Made by a program: the position numbers and the translations under genes. Below, piece after piece: positions 29,423 to 39,660 of a stretch of 64,000 nucleotides of DNA (position 1 is the stretch's first letter; the number at the start of each line of letters is the position of its first letter). The DNA is taken from IMG/VR virus record IMGVR_UViG_3300031111_000236, one strand, 5' to 3'. The notes under the pieces were generated by a model that was not told where the DNA came from, made no database searches, and was given only the letters and a program-made list of their open reading frames with translations. The stretch is from an uncultured virus (IMG/VR IMGVR_UViG_3300031111_000236). Lineage: Duplodnaviria > Heunggongvirae > Uroviricota > Caudoviricetes.

Positions 29423-31547
29423 TGTGCTCGTGCTGTTATTAGCAATGCTAATACCTCTTGAATCAGAGGCCGCTGTGGTTCAGGCAGATAATGTCATAGT
29501 CGTTGACGGCGTGAGTGTTATAAGCGACAGCGGTGAGAAGTATGACTATCTCGGGCGTGTCGATGATACTAATCCCAAGGGTCTTTACGACGGTATCATA
29601 TATAACGCCTACGACGAGCTTTACTTCAAGCAATCTGGTGGCCCAATCACTATAACATCTGGTGTCAGGTTCAGGAACATCGCTGATGGTCTCGGTTTTA
29701 ACGATACGGTTGGTAGTACCATAACTGGTATAGACTTGGAGATTTTCGCAACAATGGATGCCCCCGTCGTATTTGAGAACGTTAACCTGGGATGCGGTCC
29801 CATCACTGTGAACGCTGGTAAGCTCAGGATAGTGAACAGTACTGTTTATGCACAGGGCGGTAATATCGGTACGGGTTCTTTCTGGGCTGGTATAGTAACG
29901 GCTACCGAGGCGGCGGAATCTGTAATAGAGATTGTGAACTCCACGGTGTACACTGAGACTGGTATATACACTGGCCCTAACTCACGTCTCTATCTCAATA
30001 ACAGCCACATTATCCAGGTAGATGTACCTTCGAGTCTTGAGAATAACTTTTACTGGCATCAAGTTGGCACTTACGATATGACCGAAGGTAACGATAATTC
30101 GCTTATCTATATTGACCACACCAACTTCACAGTGGATGATAATTGGGATGCGGAAGTGCGAAATGTATGGGCTGATGGTGTGGATGAAATCTACATTTAT
30201 GATTGTACTTTCCACGGTGGTGTTAAGACTGGTGTGGAGGTAGAGTCGAGCAGGATTTTCCGTGTCGATGGGTGCTCCTTCGAGCAGTATTGGGGTACTT
30301 GCATCGAGGTGGCTTACCTACAAGAGGACGATAACAGCGTGTCCAACTGCTATATAGGTAACCCTGCTGGTGATGAGTATGTCAGCACCGAGGATACCCA
30401 AATGGGTATAGGCGAGTTCAGCGAATACGAGGGCGAGAACTTACCAGGTAGCGTGATTCATATATTCAACAACACCATAGAGGGATTCGAAGTCGGTGTG
30501 TTCCTGAAGTCGATGAATGGCATCATATACAATAATACAATATCCGACATAAGGTACAAGGATATGATACCCCCGAGGCTCTTCGGTGGTATAGCCATAG
30601 GGTTCGGATATTACGACTTGACCGTGCCACAAAATGTGCTACAAGCGGCTTGTTATGTTCATCATAATCTTATCATGGACAGTTCTATTGGTATTGCCGC
30701 AATGAATAACGGTGAAATTCACTATAACGCTTTCGTCAACGTTGACAGCAAGGTGGTGGCCTCTCCGACACCTTTCAGAACTTACGACGGGTTCAAGGTA
30801 GACGCATCGATGAACTATCTTGAAACTAACTATCCTACATATCTTGCGGCCACGAGCATCGACCTTGAGAGTTACATAGATGTGATGGTCGGTGAGATGG
30901 TAGCCGACTTCTTGTACTTCGAAGAGGGAATCACCGTAGTCAGCGAGCCTTTCGCTGTCACCAAGACCATAGGTTCCGAGTGGGATATACCTATCAGGAC
31001 TGGATGGAATCTTGTCTACGTACCTTACAATCTGGACAACAATGAAACTGTCGCCGAGATACTTGATAAAAGCTCTTCCATAAGTGCTATGGCCGTCAGA
31101 AGTCTTTCAGGGGAGTACGTCTTCTACATCAAAGACTTCCAGACAGAAAGTCACGACTTCGTTCCAACTACACCAGGCGGTTTCTACGTTTACTCCAATA
31201 ACAACATAGACCTCACTCTGAACGTTGTATCGATGAGCGGGTCCTACGTCTACCAGCAAGGGTGGAACGTCTATGGGTCTATAGTATCGGGCTACAAGCT
31301 CTCTTCCTACGTCGAGATGAACGAAATAGAGAGTATCGCTTACAGGGGTACTGATGGTAACTACAATATTATGATACCACATACTCCTCTAAGAGATAGC
31401 GAGATAGAGGAGCTTGACAATATACCGACCTATTCTGGTATCTATATGTACTCTTCTATAGAGCGCATTATACCTCTTGAGACTGCGATATATGACAAGG
31501 AAAGCGGTATATTCGTGACACCAGAGGGGATTGACCAATGGTCGTAG
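29394..31547 (+). CDS. Secreted parallel beta-helix protein with two GWNL repeats
   Basis: Signal peptide; IYDCTF/VDGCSF/IFNNTI/IYNNTI repeats; TGWNLVY, QGWNVYG. Confidence 0.8.
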   Translation: MNRNQLLASSVLVLLLAMLIPLESEAAVVQADNVIVVDGVSVISDSGEKYDYLGRVDDTNPKGLYDGIIYNAYDELYFKQSGGPITITSGVRFRNIADGLGFNDTVGSTITGIDLEIFATMDAPVVFENVNLGCGPITVNAGKLRIVNSTVYAQGGNIGTGSFWAGIVTATEAAESVIEIVNSTVYTETGIYTGPNSRLYLNNSHIIQVDVPSSLENNFYWHQVGTYDMTEGNDNSLIYIDHTNFTVDDNWDAEVRNVWADGVDEIYIYDCTFHGGVKTGVEVESSRIFRVDGCSFEQYWGTCIEVAYLQEDDNSVSNCYIGNPAGDEYVSTEDTQMGIGEFSEYEGENLPGSVIHIFNNTIEGFEVGVFLKSMNGIIYNNTISDIRYKDMIPPRLFGGIAIGFGYYDLTVPQNVLQAACYVHHNLIMDSSIGIAAMNNGEIHYNAFVNVDSKVVASPTPFRTYDGFKVDASMNYLETNYPTYLAATSIDLESYIDVMVGEMVADFLYFEEGITVVSEPFAVTKTIGSEWDIPIRTGWNLVYVPYNLDNNETVAEILDKSSSISAMAVRSLSGEYVFYIKDFQTESHDFVPTTPGGFYVYSNNNIDLTLNVVSMSGSYVYQQGWNVYGSIVSGYKLSSYVEMNEIESIAYRGTDGNYNIMIPHTPLRDSEIEELDNIPTYSGIYMYSSIERIIPLETAIYDKESGIFVTPEGIDQWS

Positions 31548-31993
31548 AGGGCTGTCGCACACTGTACTCCACAGACCGCATAATACTTCAGATACTCGCA
31601 ATAGTTTACGGTGCGGTAATAGGTCTGACTTTCGTTATTACATCAGAACTTGTAATATCACTCTTCTTGCCAACGTTCATAATGATAGTGGTAGTAGCAC
31701 CTGTTGTAGAAGAGTTTTTCAAGACTATCATAGTTAAGGCCGCTTCCTGTGAGCGTAGTCTTGCTCCGAGACTTGTAGCCCTATCAGCACTGTCCTTCGG
31801 TATGGTAGAGCTGTTCGTGCACTCGGTGTTCCTGGGCGGGTATGTGCTCTCTATCACATTTATCATGCACGTTGTCTTTTCTCTACCCGCTGGTTACGCC
31901 TATGCCAAGAGCAAAAAGCTCTATCCTCTTGGACTCATGGTATCCATCATTCTTCACGCACTGTGGAACTTGATGGTTATAACCCTCTTCTGA
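31538..31993 (+). CDS. PrsW-family intramembrane glutamic protease
   Basis: APVVEEFFK, FGMVE, MH and LHALWN motifs in TM helices. Confidence 0.75.
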   Translation: MVVEGCRTLYSTDRIILQILAIVYGAVIGLTFVITSELVISLFLPTFIMIVVVAPVVEEFFKTIIVKAASCERSLAPRLVALSALSFGMVELFVHSVFLGGYVLSITFIMHVVFSLPAGYAYAKSKKLYPLGLMVSIILHALWNLMVITLF

Positions 31994-32089
31994 TTGGGTT
32001 CACCAGTCTTTGGATACCGTATATAAGCGTTTCCCATAACTTATATATCGCCCGATGTGATGTATTGAATCATAGTCGAGGTGTCAGTA

Positions 32090-33628
32090 ATGACGAAGAG
32101 AAAGAAGACAGGATGGCCAGGCGACCCCGTGAGGCACAGTTTTTCAAGTCGTCGCATACAGAGCACTAAGTCGTTCGCTCAGAACGGAGCACCTGCCCTA
32201 CAGCGTAAGGGTAATGCTTTTGACGTTCTGGACCAGCGCATAAGGGCCTTGGATGACAAGGTGGATAATCTGGACGACAAGTTCTCGAAGATAAAGACTC
32301 CCACAGGTACTATGATGGACCAAGAGACTCTCGAAATGATAGATGACACTATACCCGACTACGAGAGTGCTGGAACGGCAAGCATAGAAAGCATGAGTGG
32401 AAGGCTTTACGAGTTCCCGAAGTTCAAGACTCTTGATAGGGAGAAGTTCCCCCTCGACTACAAGGAATACATAGCATCTGATGAGGAGTTCGTCTACTCC
32501 GACTTACCTATCAACAGTCAGTTTTCCGTGATGGACGTTTTCGTGGATTCTGCTATCAACAAGGAGAACATCCTACTCGTTGGTCCTACAGGGACAGGTA
32601 AGACATCCCTGGCTCAGTATTGGGCCTACAAGAGAAACCAGCCCTTCATACGTGTGCCACTCTCGAAGATAACTGTGGACGAGCTTCTCGGTCACTTTGA
32701 GGTTGTCACTGATGCTCAAGGCAACCCGTCAACCAAGTGGGTGGACGGTATCCTGACTCTCGGTGTCAAGAGGGGGTGGGTCGTACTCTTGGACGAAATC
32801 AATGCCGCCAAGCCCGACGTTCTGTTCGCTCTCCACACGCTTACCGACCATGACAGGAAGCTCTACCTCTTGACTAAGGGTGGCGAGGAGGCGGAGATAA
32901 AGGCTCATCCAGAGTCTGTTTTCATAGCGGCCATGAACCAGGGTGAGGAGTATGCTGGTACGAACATTCTCAATGCGGCTTTCTTGAACAGGTTCACCAT
33001 GATACCAGTAGAGTACCTCTCGAAGAAGGACGAGTTAGAGGTCATCAAGGACAGGACTAACATCAAGCCTTGGGGAACCGCTGACCAGATGAAGGATTAT
33101 ACTCCTGGTGAACTCGCATCAGCTATGGCCCTTGACATCCTCTTGGACATAGCCGAGTACACGAGGAGCCTTTGGAAGGGTACGAAACAGGACAAGGACC
33201 TTGACCAGGATGAGGTTATACCTATCTCAACCAGGCAGTTAATCAGGTGGTCAAATGATATGGACAGCTACTTCAAGACCACTTTCGGTGAGACCCCGAG
33301 GAAGTACAAGGCTCGCAACGCAAGGGTTAAACTCGTCGGTAAGAAGAACAAACTCGGACAGCGTGAACCTTTCACTGTCAATGGCGTTCAGCCAAAGGAT
33401 ATCAAGGGTCCCGAGGAGCTTGAAGAGTTCGTGCTGAGCACTATACAGCAGTCTATGAGCTACGCTATAGAGCCTTACTCTTCTGAGGATGAGGATATAG
33501 CTACCAGACTGATGACCGCACTCAACACCGCAATGAGGAAAGCTGAGAAAAAGCAACTGGCGATAGACATCCGTAATAACAAGAAGCAAGTCGTAGCGAA
33601 CGTCCTGGGTAAGGCCAAGAGCCAATAA
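32090..33628 (+). CDS. MoxR/CobS-like AAA+ ATPase with RHG-type leader
   Basis: GPTGTGKT, LLDEIN, AAMN, FLNRF; leader GWPGDPVRHSFSSRRI. Confidence 0.9.
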   Translation: MTKRKKTGWPGDPVRHSFSSRRIQSTKSFAQNGAPALQRKGNAFDVLDQRIRALDDKVDNLDDKFSKIKTPTGTMMDQETLEMIDDTIPDYESAGTASIESMSGRLYEFPKFKTLDREKFPLDYKEYIASDEEFVYSDLPINSQFSVMDVFVDSAINKENILLVGPTGTGKTSLAQYWAYKRNQPFIRVPLSKITVDELLGHFEVVTDAQGNPSTKWVDGILTLGVKRGWVVLLDEINAAKPDVLFALHTLTDHDRKLYLLTKGGEEAEIKAHPESVFIAAMNQGEEYAGTNILNAAFLNRFTMIPVEYLSKKDELEVIKDRTNIKPWGTADQMKDYTPGELASAMALDILLDIAEYTRSLWKGTKQDKDLDQDEVIPISTRQLIRWSNDMDSYFKTTFGETPRKYKARNARVKLVGKKNKLGQREPFTVNGVQPKDIKGPEELEEFVLSTIQQSMSYAIEPYSSEDEDIATRLMTALNTAMRKAEKKQLAIDIRNNKKQVVANVLGKAKSQ

Positions 33629-33642
33629 ACAGGGTGTGAGCG

Positions 33643-34356
33643 TTGTTCGACGGGTCATCTCAGCGGCACGGTCTGTGTTCAAGGGGGATATCTAACCAAT
33701 CTGGTGTCCCCTCTACTCCTCCTTTCAGTTCTATACCATTATTCGAATTGCCTACAGTGGGTCCGAGAAAGGCCGAAAAGTTGGACATATCGAGAGCGGT
33801 CCCCAAGAGGCGTGAGACTATCAAGATAGACAATAAGACTACTCTGATTGCCGAACCGCCACCTGGTCCGAACATGGTTCTCCCTACGTCGCCAGAGTTC
33901 ATTGCTAACTACATAAAAGGCTTCTTCCCACCAGAGAAGAGAAAGGGTATAAAGACCGTGCGTATCCGTGGGTACATTCCAGATTCGGAGTGCCTCTATA
34001 TGAGGTGCGCTGGTGAGTATGTTCCTCCCGACGAAGTTTACATCTACTACGTCAAGCTCAACGAAGACGGTACATACGGCCCGATGCGGCTCACGAGAGA
34101 GGAGTACTTGAACAAGCTCATGTACGATGTTCTACCTCATGAGTTCGGTCACAAGATAGACTGTACTGCCTACACGAAAAGGACAGGTAAGACCTGTGTA
34201 CCTTCACCTCGGGCTGAGCGTGCCGCAAGAGCGAAAGCGAGCGGTTTTAGGAAGGAACTCGACCTCCCTGAGCGTTGGTATAATCTCACTAACCAGAACC
34301 CTTCAGGTTACTACTCCAATACCCATTATATTAGGGACACATACGGGGATAAGTGA
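33643..34356 (+). CDS. Zincin-like metallopeptidase with RHG leader
   Basis: VLPHEFGH...ERAA; leader FDGSSQRHGLCSRGI. Confidence 0.65.
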   Translation: MFDGSSQRHGLCSRGISNQSGVPSTPPFSSIPLFELPTVGPRKAEKLDISRAVPKRRETIKIDNKTTLIAEPPPGPNMVLPTSPEFIANYIKGFFPPEKRKGIKTVRIRGYIPDSECLYMRCAGEYVPPDEVYIYYVKLNEDGTYGPMRLTREEYLNKLMYDVLPHEFGHKIDCTAYTKRTGKTCVPSPRAERAARAKASGFRKELDLPERWYNLTNQNPSGYYSNTHYIRDTYGDK

Positions 34357-34398
34357 CCTCAATCTTTTTATACCTCACAGTCGTCGTAACCGTGTGGT

Positions 34399-35421
34399 AT
34401 GATGGCTAAAGCTGAGCTGAAAATCCCTGTAAGAGAGGGACCCGAACACCCGCTGGTCCCAAAAAAGGCGCACCCGTATATAGCACGGTTAGTGCTTGAA
34501 GAAAAATACGACCTCGACCTCATGAATTACGCATGGTTGAGAGGTAGAAAGCCCACCCTCTTGATAGGCCCTACTGGTGTGGGTAAGACCTCGTTACCGA
34601 GACGCATAGCCTACTCTACAAAGAGGCCCTACATGAGAGTCAATTTTGCCGAGGGTATCGAGCAGGAGAACCTCCTGGGGCATATCGAGATAAATGAAAA
34701 CGGTGAGACCGTGTGGGTGGATGGCGTATTGACCAAGGCGGTCAGAGACGGTTATATCTTCGTCGCTGATGAGGTCAACGCTATGGACCCCGATATCGCC
34801 TTCAATCTACATCCTCTCCTGGATGATGACAGATTCCTCCTCTTGACGATGAAAGACCCCGAAGGTGACGACACCAGCATCAGGGTTGAGGCTCACCCCG
34901 ATTTCTGGTTCGTAGGGACCATGAACAGAGGTATCGAGTACACTGGTACAAAAGAACTCAATGCCGCCTTCATGAGGAGATTCCCCGTGAAGATTATCAT
35001 GACATATCCTAAGCCCGAGGTCGAGCGCAAGATTATAATGCTTCGTGTAGAGGGTATAAACGACATAGTTGTCACGAATATAGTCGAGGTCGCTAACAAG
35101 GCCAGATTGAAGTTCAACGAGAAGCATATCCCAATCAGTACTGGCGACCTTATAGAGGTGGCCGAGATGTCAATGAACGGGTTCACGGTGCTCGAAGCGT
35201 TTGAGACAGTTATAGTGCCCATCTTCGAGAACAAGAACGATGTGGTGGCCTTCCGCACAACCGCTCAGAAGTACATTGGTAAGAACGATGTGGGTACTCT
35301 CAGACCGAATGACAAGCGACCTGACGTGCCATCTCCTCCCGCTGTGAACACATTCGACCCTGACAAGGCTTACGAGGCTGAGAGCGTGGTCAAGAGGGTC
35401 TACGACCAGAGGGAACGATGA
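34399..35421 (+). CDS. MoxR/CobS-like AAA+ ATPase (no leader)
   Basis: GPTGVGKT, VADEVN, GTMN, FMRRF. Confidence 0.9.
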   Translation: MMAKAELKIPVREGPEHPLVPKKAHPYIARLVLEEKYDLDLMNYAWLRGRKPTLLIGPTGVGKTSLPRRIAYSTKRPYMRVNFAEGIEQENLLGHIEINENGETVWVDGVLTKAVRDGYIFVADEVNAMDPDIAFNLHPLLDDDRFLLLTMKDPEGDDTSIRVEAHPDFWFVGTMNRGIEYTGTKELNAAFMRRFPVKIIMTYPKPEVERKIIMLRVEGINDIVVTNIVEVANKARLKFNEKHIPISTGDLIEVAEMSMNGFTVLEAFETVIVPIFENKNDVVAFRTTAQKYIGKNDVGTLRPNDKRPDVPSPPAVNTFDPDKAYEAESVVKRVYDQRER

Positions 35422-37340
35422 TGTCCGAGGAAGACCTTGTTGTAACCGAGTCCGACCTCTTGCAGAATATGTCTACCTACGTAGGTATGTGGCTTGGGAG
35501 CGATAAGGTGGACGCTACACTGAGTATGGCGGAGCATCCTACAGCTACAACAGCGATGGCTGAGGATGGGAAGTACTTTGTTGTCTTACCGAAGAGAGAG
35601 TCTAAGGACTACGTTTACCGCTCTATCACGGAGTACCTGGCCATGATAACAGGTTTGGCTGACCACGAGATAGGTCATATTCTCTACAGTGACATGACGA
35701 TACGGGTGAAAAACGACCTGAAGAAGCATCTTCTGAATATGCTGGAAGATGCGAGGGTAGAGTGGAAGGTCTCGCAACTTGCTCCTCTATCAAAGGACTG
35801 GCTCGACTATCTCAACATAAAAATGTACAACCTTGAGCACCCACCAGTATTCGACCAGTTCACTCTCAAACACCTTTTGGCATCACTTATACATAGGACG
35901 GTTCTGTGTCTCGACCCCGACATCAGGAATGATGACCTTCGCAAGGTTCTGGATGAGATATATCCCGTTGTTAGCATGGTGTACTATGATGATTCTACAC
36001 GTGACGTTTACAAGAGGGTTGAGAAGGTCTACAAGATTATCAAGAAGTACTTTCCAGATGCGGACCAGGACTATGACCAGTCCATGCCTGGTACTATGAG
36101 TTTACCATCATCTTCGCAAAGCGGAGGGCGAGGTGAACAACAAAACAAGAATCAAGGGGATAGCCAGGGAGAACAGCGTCCTAATGAGGATAAGATAGAT
36201 GACCTTATCAGCACGTCCATGATAGTTAGTGATAGTCACGACGAGAGTCAATACCCTCCCAAGGAAGACCAAAAGTCTATGCTCGACAGTCTGAACGAAG
36301 AGAGCGACAGTGAGCCGAAAACGATTGACAGTGGTAAGGACCAGCACTACGATATCCTTAAGGAGGAGGCCGCCAGTATTATCCACGGTGATATTAAAGA
36401 TAGAATAATGGACTATCAGGCTGAGTCGTTGAAAGGGGTCCCTGCCAAGGTAGCCGCTAACATAGCCGTGAAGGGTGTCAATGTGATAAATCTCTCTACT
36501 CAGAATAGAAACAAGCTGACCTATCATCATCACCCACGCAATCTTGTAACAGATGAGTATGACTTCATAAAAAAGGCTCGGTCTATACTTGAGAAGACGC
36601 TTCACTACCTCGCAGAGCGTCATAAGTACAAGCTCTACGGTAAGAGGGGCCGTCTGAATACGAAGCGTCTCCACAGGGTCAAGACATCACCTCAGAGGAA
36701 CCCAAAGCTCTACGTGAGGAAGATATCACAGACGAAGGTAAACATCGCCATTGATATACTTCTCGATGCGAGTGGGTCCATGCGAAGTGACTACGAGTCC
36801 TTATTCAAAATGGCTCTGTCACTCGAAGAGGTTTTACGTGACTTCAGAGGTATCAACTTCGCTATTCACGCATATAACAAGAGCCAGCGTGACGCTAATA
36901 AGAAGAAGAAAGATGTTGACTGGATGAACATATATATCGTAAAGCCTTATTATCGGATACCTCCATCACTACTCTCAACCAACCTCTTGAAGCTCAGGAG
37001 TAGAACATTTCCTGATGGCGGGACACCCACGGGTAATGCTATTAGATTCGTGTCATACGAGCTTGACAGGTGTTTCCCAGATGTAGACGCTAAGATGATA
37101 TTCGTGATAACTGACGGTAAACCATCAAGCCCTACTGATGCTAAGAGAGCAATCATGAGGTCCGCATCACACATCTACGGTATCTATTACTCCAACGAAG
37201 CGAGTATGCTCAGGGGCAATCTTGAGCGTCTCTTTGGCGACAATCTCTCGGTTGCTCACACGTACAGTGATGTCGTTCAGGACATAACCAAGAAACTCGA
37301 AAACTTTCTCAAGGAAACATACGATACGAACGCTGGTTGA
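35418..37340 (+). CDS. CobT-like VWA protein (HEXXH helical domain, acidic linker, VWA)
   Basis: DHEIGH...LEDARVE; DASGS...GGTPT...ITDGKP; coupled to upstream MoxR. Confidence 0.85.
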   Translation: MMSEEDLVVTESDLLQNMSTYVGMWLGSDKVDATLSMAEHPTATTAMAEDGKYFVVLPKRESKDYVYRSITEYLAMITGLADHEIGHILYSDMTIRVKNDLKKHLLNMLEDARVEWKVSQLAPLSKDWLDYLNIKMYNLEHPPVFDQFTLKHLLASLIHRTVLCLDPDIRNDDLRKVLDEIYPVVSMVYYDDSTRDVYKRVEKVYKIIKKYFPDADQDYDQSMPGTMSLPSSSQSGGRGEQQNKNQGDSQGEQRPNEDKIDDLISTSMIVSDSHDESQYPPKEDQKSMLDSLNEESDSEPKTIDSGKDQHYDILKEEAASIIHGDIKDRIMDYQAESLKGVPAKVAANIAVKGVNVINLSTQNRNKLTYHHHPRNLVTDEYDFIKKARSILEKTLHYLAERHKYKLYGKRGRLNTKRLHRVKTSPQRNPKLYVRKISQTKVNIAIDILLDASGSMRSDYESLFKMALSLEEVLRDFRGINFAIHAYNKSQRDANKKKKDVDWMNIYIVKPYYRIPPSLLSTNLLKLRSRTFPDGGTPTGNAIRFVSYELDRCFPDVDAKMIFVITDGKPSSPTDAKRAIMRSASHIYGIYYSNEASMLRGNLERLFGDNLSVAHTYSDVVQDITKKLENFLKETYDTNAG

Positions 37341-37418
37341 GTCATGTTTTTATAGAAAGTCGGGGTTAAGTCCCAACGTTTAAATAGTTTGAGCCGCTTT
37401 TTAGTAGTGGCGTTTACC

Positions 37419-37724
37419 ATGTACGGAGCGACACATCACGTGAAATTACATCATGACCTCTTGAAGAGGCTGGCTTTTACAAACAGGAACGGTGTATGGG
37501 AACTTAAGCTGAAAGACCCAGATGCAAGTGTCATGTATCAACATGGGACAGTGGAGATATGCTCAAACTCTCTCCAAGTCATCAGGAGTATCGCTTCCAA
37601 GCTCGAAATACCTTTCCAGAGTTTAAAGGTGAATCTCATACTACCAGAGAGAAACGAGCACGGTGGTCTGGTTTTTAAGAAGAAAGGGACTGTGCGAACT
37701 CGGGTTGCTACAACTACAGGGTGA
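37419..37724 (+). CDS. Hypothetical protein
   Basis: ATG about 35 nt after TTTAAATA (37379). Confidence 0.55.
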   Translation: MYGATHHVKLHHDLLKRLAFTNRNGVWELKLKDPDASVMYQHGTVEICSNSLQVIRSIASKLEIPFQSLKVNLILPERNEHGGLVFKKKGTVRTRVATTTG

Positions 37725-37728
37725 TTTA

Positions 37729-39660
37729 ATGAAGAGAGCGGTAATCATATTGTCTATAGCTATGCTCTTGATAGTTCTGTTAACACCAGTACAGGGGGAA
37801 GAAACCCTTATTGAGCAGAATGTCGCAGGGCACATAGAGACACAGTATCTGGGTTCTATAATCCCAGACGATGTAAACGTCAAGTATGGTCAGGACGGAA
37901 CGTTCGGGGATTACTTCGGAGAGGTAAACGTTTTTCACCACGGTCAGGGTGTGAGCGTATTACAGAGGATTCCGCATACTGTTGGTGACAAGGCGAACAT
38001 AGGTTACCTGAATATATCACTAAGGATGGAGGGGGCTGGAGCGGTGACGTTCTTCATCAAGGACTCCAACTCTACAAGTGTCCCGAACCTCTATACTAAG
38101 GAAGAGCTTCTGCCCAAGACCTGGGGTGAGTTCAAAAGGTTCAATATCACGATTGGTTATGACATGACTGACAAGGGTGATGTATTCGTAGGTGTTTCTG
38201 TGCCCTTCGAGTCATATGAATACCTGGTCAAGCCTGAGATTCTTGATAACGGGAGTGGCTATGGGTACTATTATGACAATGGTGGGTTACAAACACTCTA
38301 CCCTGACAGAGACCTTAATATGACGCTCGTTTACTACGAGAACGGGTATGACCCTGTTACAACTGTTGAGTATCACCCGTCACCAATGAACACGGGGTAC
38401 GACTACCTGGAGGCTTACAATGTCACTGGTAATTGTGATATCCCGTCAGGTACGAGTTTTGAGGTTCTACTTTACAACTCGGGTGTGCTAAATAAAACGG
38501 TGGTCGTCAACCAGAGCGGTATGTATGAGGTTCCAGTACACCTCTTGAACCTGAGTTGTGTTACAGTTAAGGTCTATTCTTCCTTCGAGAGTACTCCTAC
38601 TATCGAGACCATCTATATCAACTTCTATCACAACAACTGTCCTAAGATAGTCCTCACGAAGCGAGAGGTGACCGTACAGCGCAATGCACCCTTCGACCTA
38701 TGGGATTATGTCTCGGGGTGGGATGATGACTCTGACGAGCTTGTATGGAACGTTTCGAACGAATCTCCGAACACATCCGTGCCAATCACCTACATTATCA
38801 ACATTACGCTCTCTGATGGCGGGATAAATGGGACAGTTTCCGAGCAGTTCACTCTCCACATCTTCAATAGCAGACCAGTGATAGACGATTTTACTCTCTC
38901 GTTCGTCATTGAAAAGGATGACAACATATCGTACTGGAACACTACACCTACGGACGGCGATTTCGTAGAGTTTGTATCCCCCGTTTATAACTCATCAGTT
39001 AGACTCAACGCAATAGTAAACGGGGAGGATGCTGATGGTGACAACTTGACGCTTATAGAGAATATTACTTTCAGAGGGGTGATGCCGTTCCGAAACTCTA
39101 CCATAGGTACGGTCAACTTGACACTGACAGACGGGTACTTGGAGGAGTACATCGAGGTGGAGGTAGCGGTTGTCATACCCCTCTTGTATATCGACACGGT
39201 ATACGATACCATCTATGTGACTGAGGAAGTACCTATCTACGTGAACAATACAATAACTGAGTACAAGGAGATTGAGGTCCCTGTCTTCATCAACAACACT
39301 GAAGAGATTGAGAAGGTAGTATTCATCAACAACACCGAATACGTATACCTCTACAATGATACGAAGTACGTCAACAGTACCAGCGAAGTTTCTCAACCTT
39401 TCAATAAGGCACTTGCGAGTTGGGTGAGAACTCCTACTGGCTCTTCCATTATAGCGGTAACTATTATCTCCCTTTTGCTTCCAGTGCTCGTCTATGTTAT
39501 ATACTTGTCCACCAGAAGTGGTGAACCCTTTGGTATATGGGTGAAACAGGTTGTCAAGAACAAGGTCATGACTGACGATGATGACGACCTGGAGGTCATA
39601 GAGCCTGACGATGTAGAGGAACCTGATACACCAGTCGAGGAAGATGACGAGGATGAGTGA
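37729..39660 (+). CDS. Type I membrane surface glycoprotein with Ig/cadherin-like beta domains
   Basis: Signal peptide; NNCPKI, NSRPVI, DADGDNLT motifs; C-terminal TM and acidic tail. Confidence 0.75.
   Translation: MKRAVIILSIAMLLIVLLTPVQGEETLIEQNVAGHIETQYLGSIIPDDVNVKYGQDGTFGDYFGEVNVFHHGQGVSVLQRIPHTVGDKANIGYLNISLRMEGAGAVTFFIKDSNSTSVPNLYTKEELLPKTWGEFKRFNITIGYDMTDKGDVFVGVSVPFESYEYLVKPEILDNGSGYGYYYDNGGLQTLYPDRDLNMTLVYYENGYDPVTTVEYHPSPMNTGYDYLEAYNVTGNCDIPSGTSFEVLLYNSGVLNKTVVVNQSGMYEVPVHLLNLSCVTVKVYSSFESTPTIETIYINFYHNNCPKIVLTKREVTVQRNAPFDLWDYVSGWDDDSDELVWNVSNESPNTSVPITYIINITLSDGGINGTVSEQFTLHIFNSRPVIDDFTLSFVIEKDDNISYWNTTPTDGDFVEFVSPVYNSSVRLNAIVNGEDADGDNLTLIENITFRGVMPFRNSTIGTVNLTLTDGYLEEYIEVEVAVVIPLLYIDTVYDTIYVTEEVPIYVNNTITEYKEIEVPVFINNTEEIEKVVFINNTEYVYLYNDTKYVNSTSEVSQPFNKALASWVRTPTGSSIIAVTIISLLLPVLVYVIYLSTRSGEPFGIWVKQVVKNKVMTDDDDDLEVIEPDDVEEPDTPVEEDDEDE

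Noticed and set aside
34399..37340. Cobaltochelatase cobS/cobT gene names
   Set aside because: No cobN or cobalamin genes; generic MoxR-VWA pairs are common in viruses
37419..37724. TBP-like half domain
   Set aside because: Only a vague strand-turn-helix resemblance; cannot be supported without a profile search
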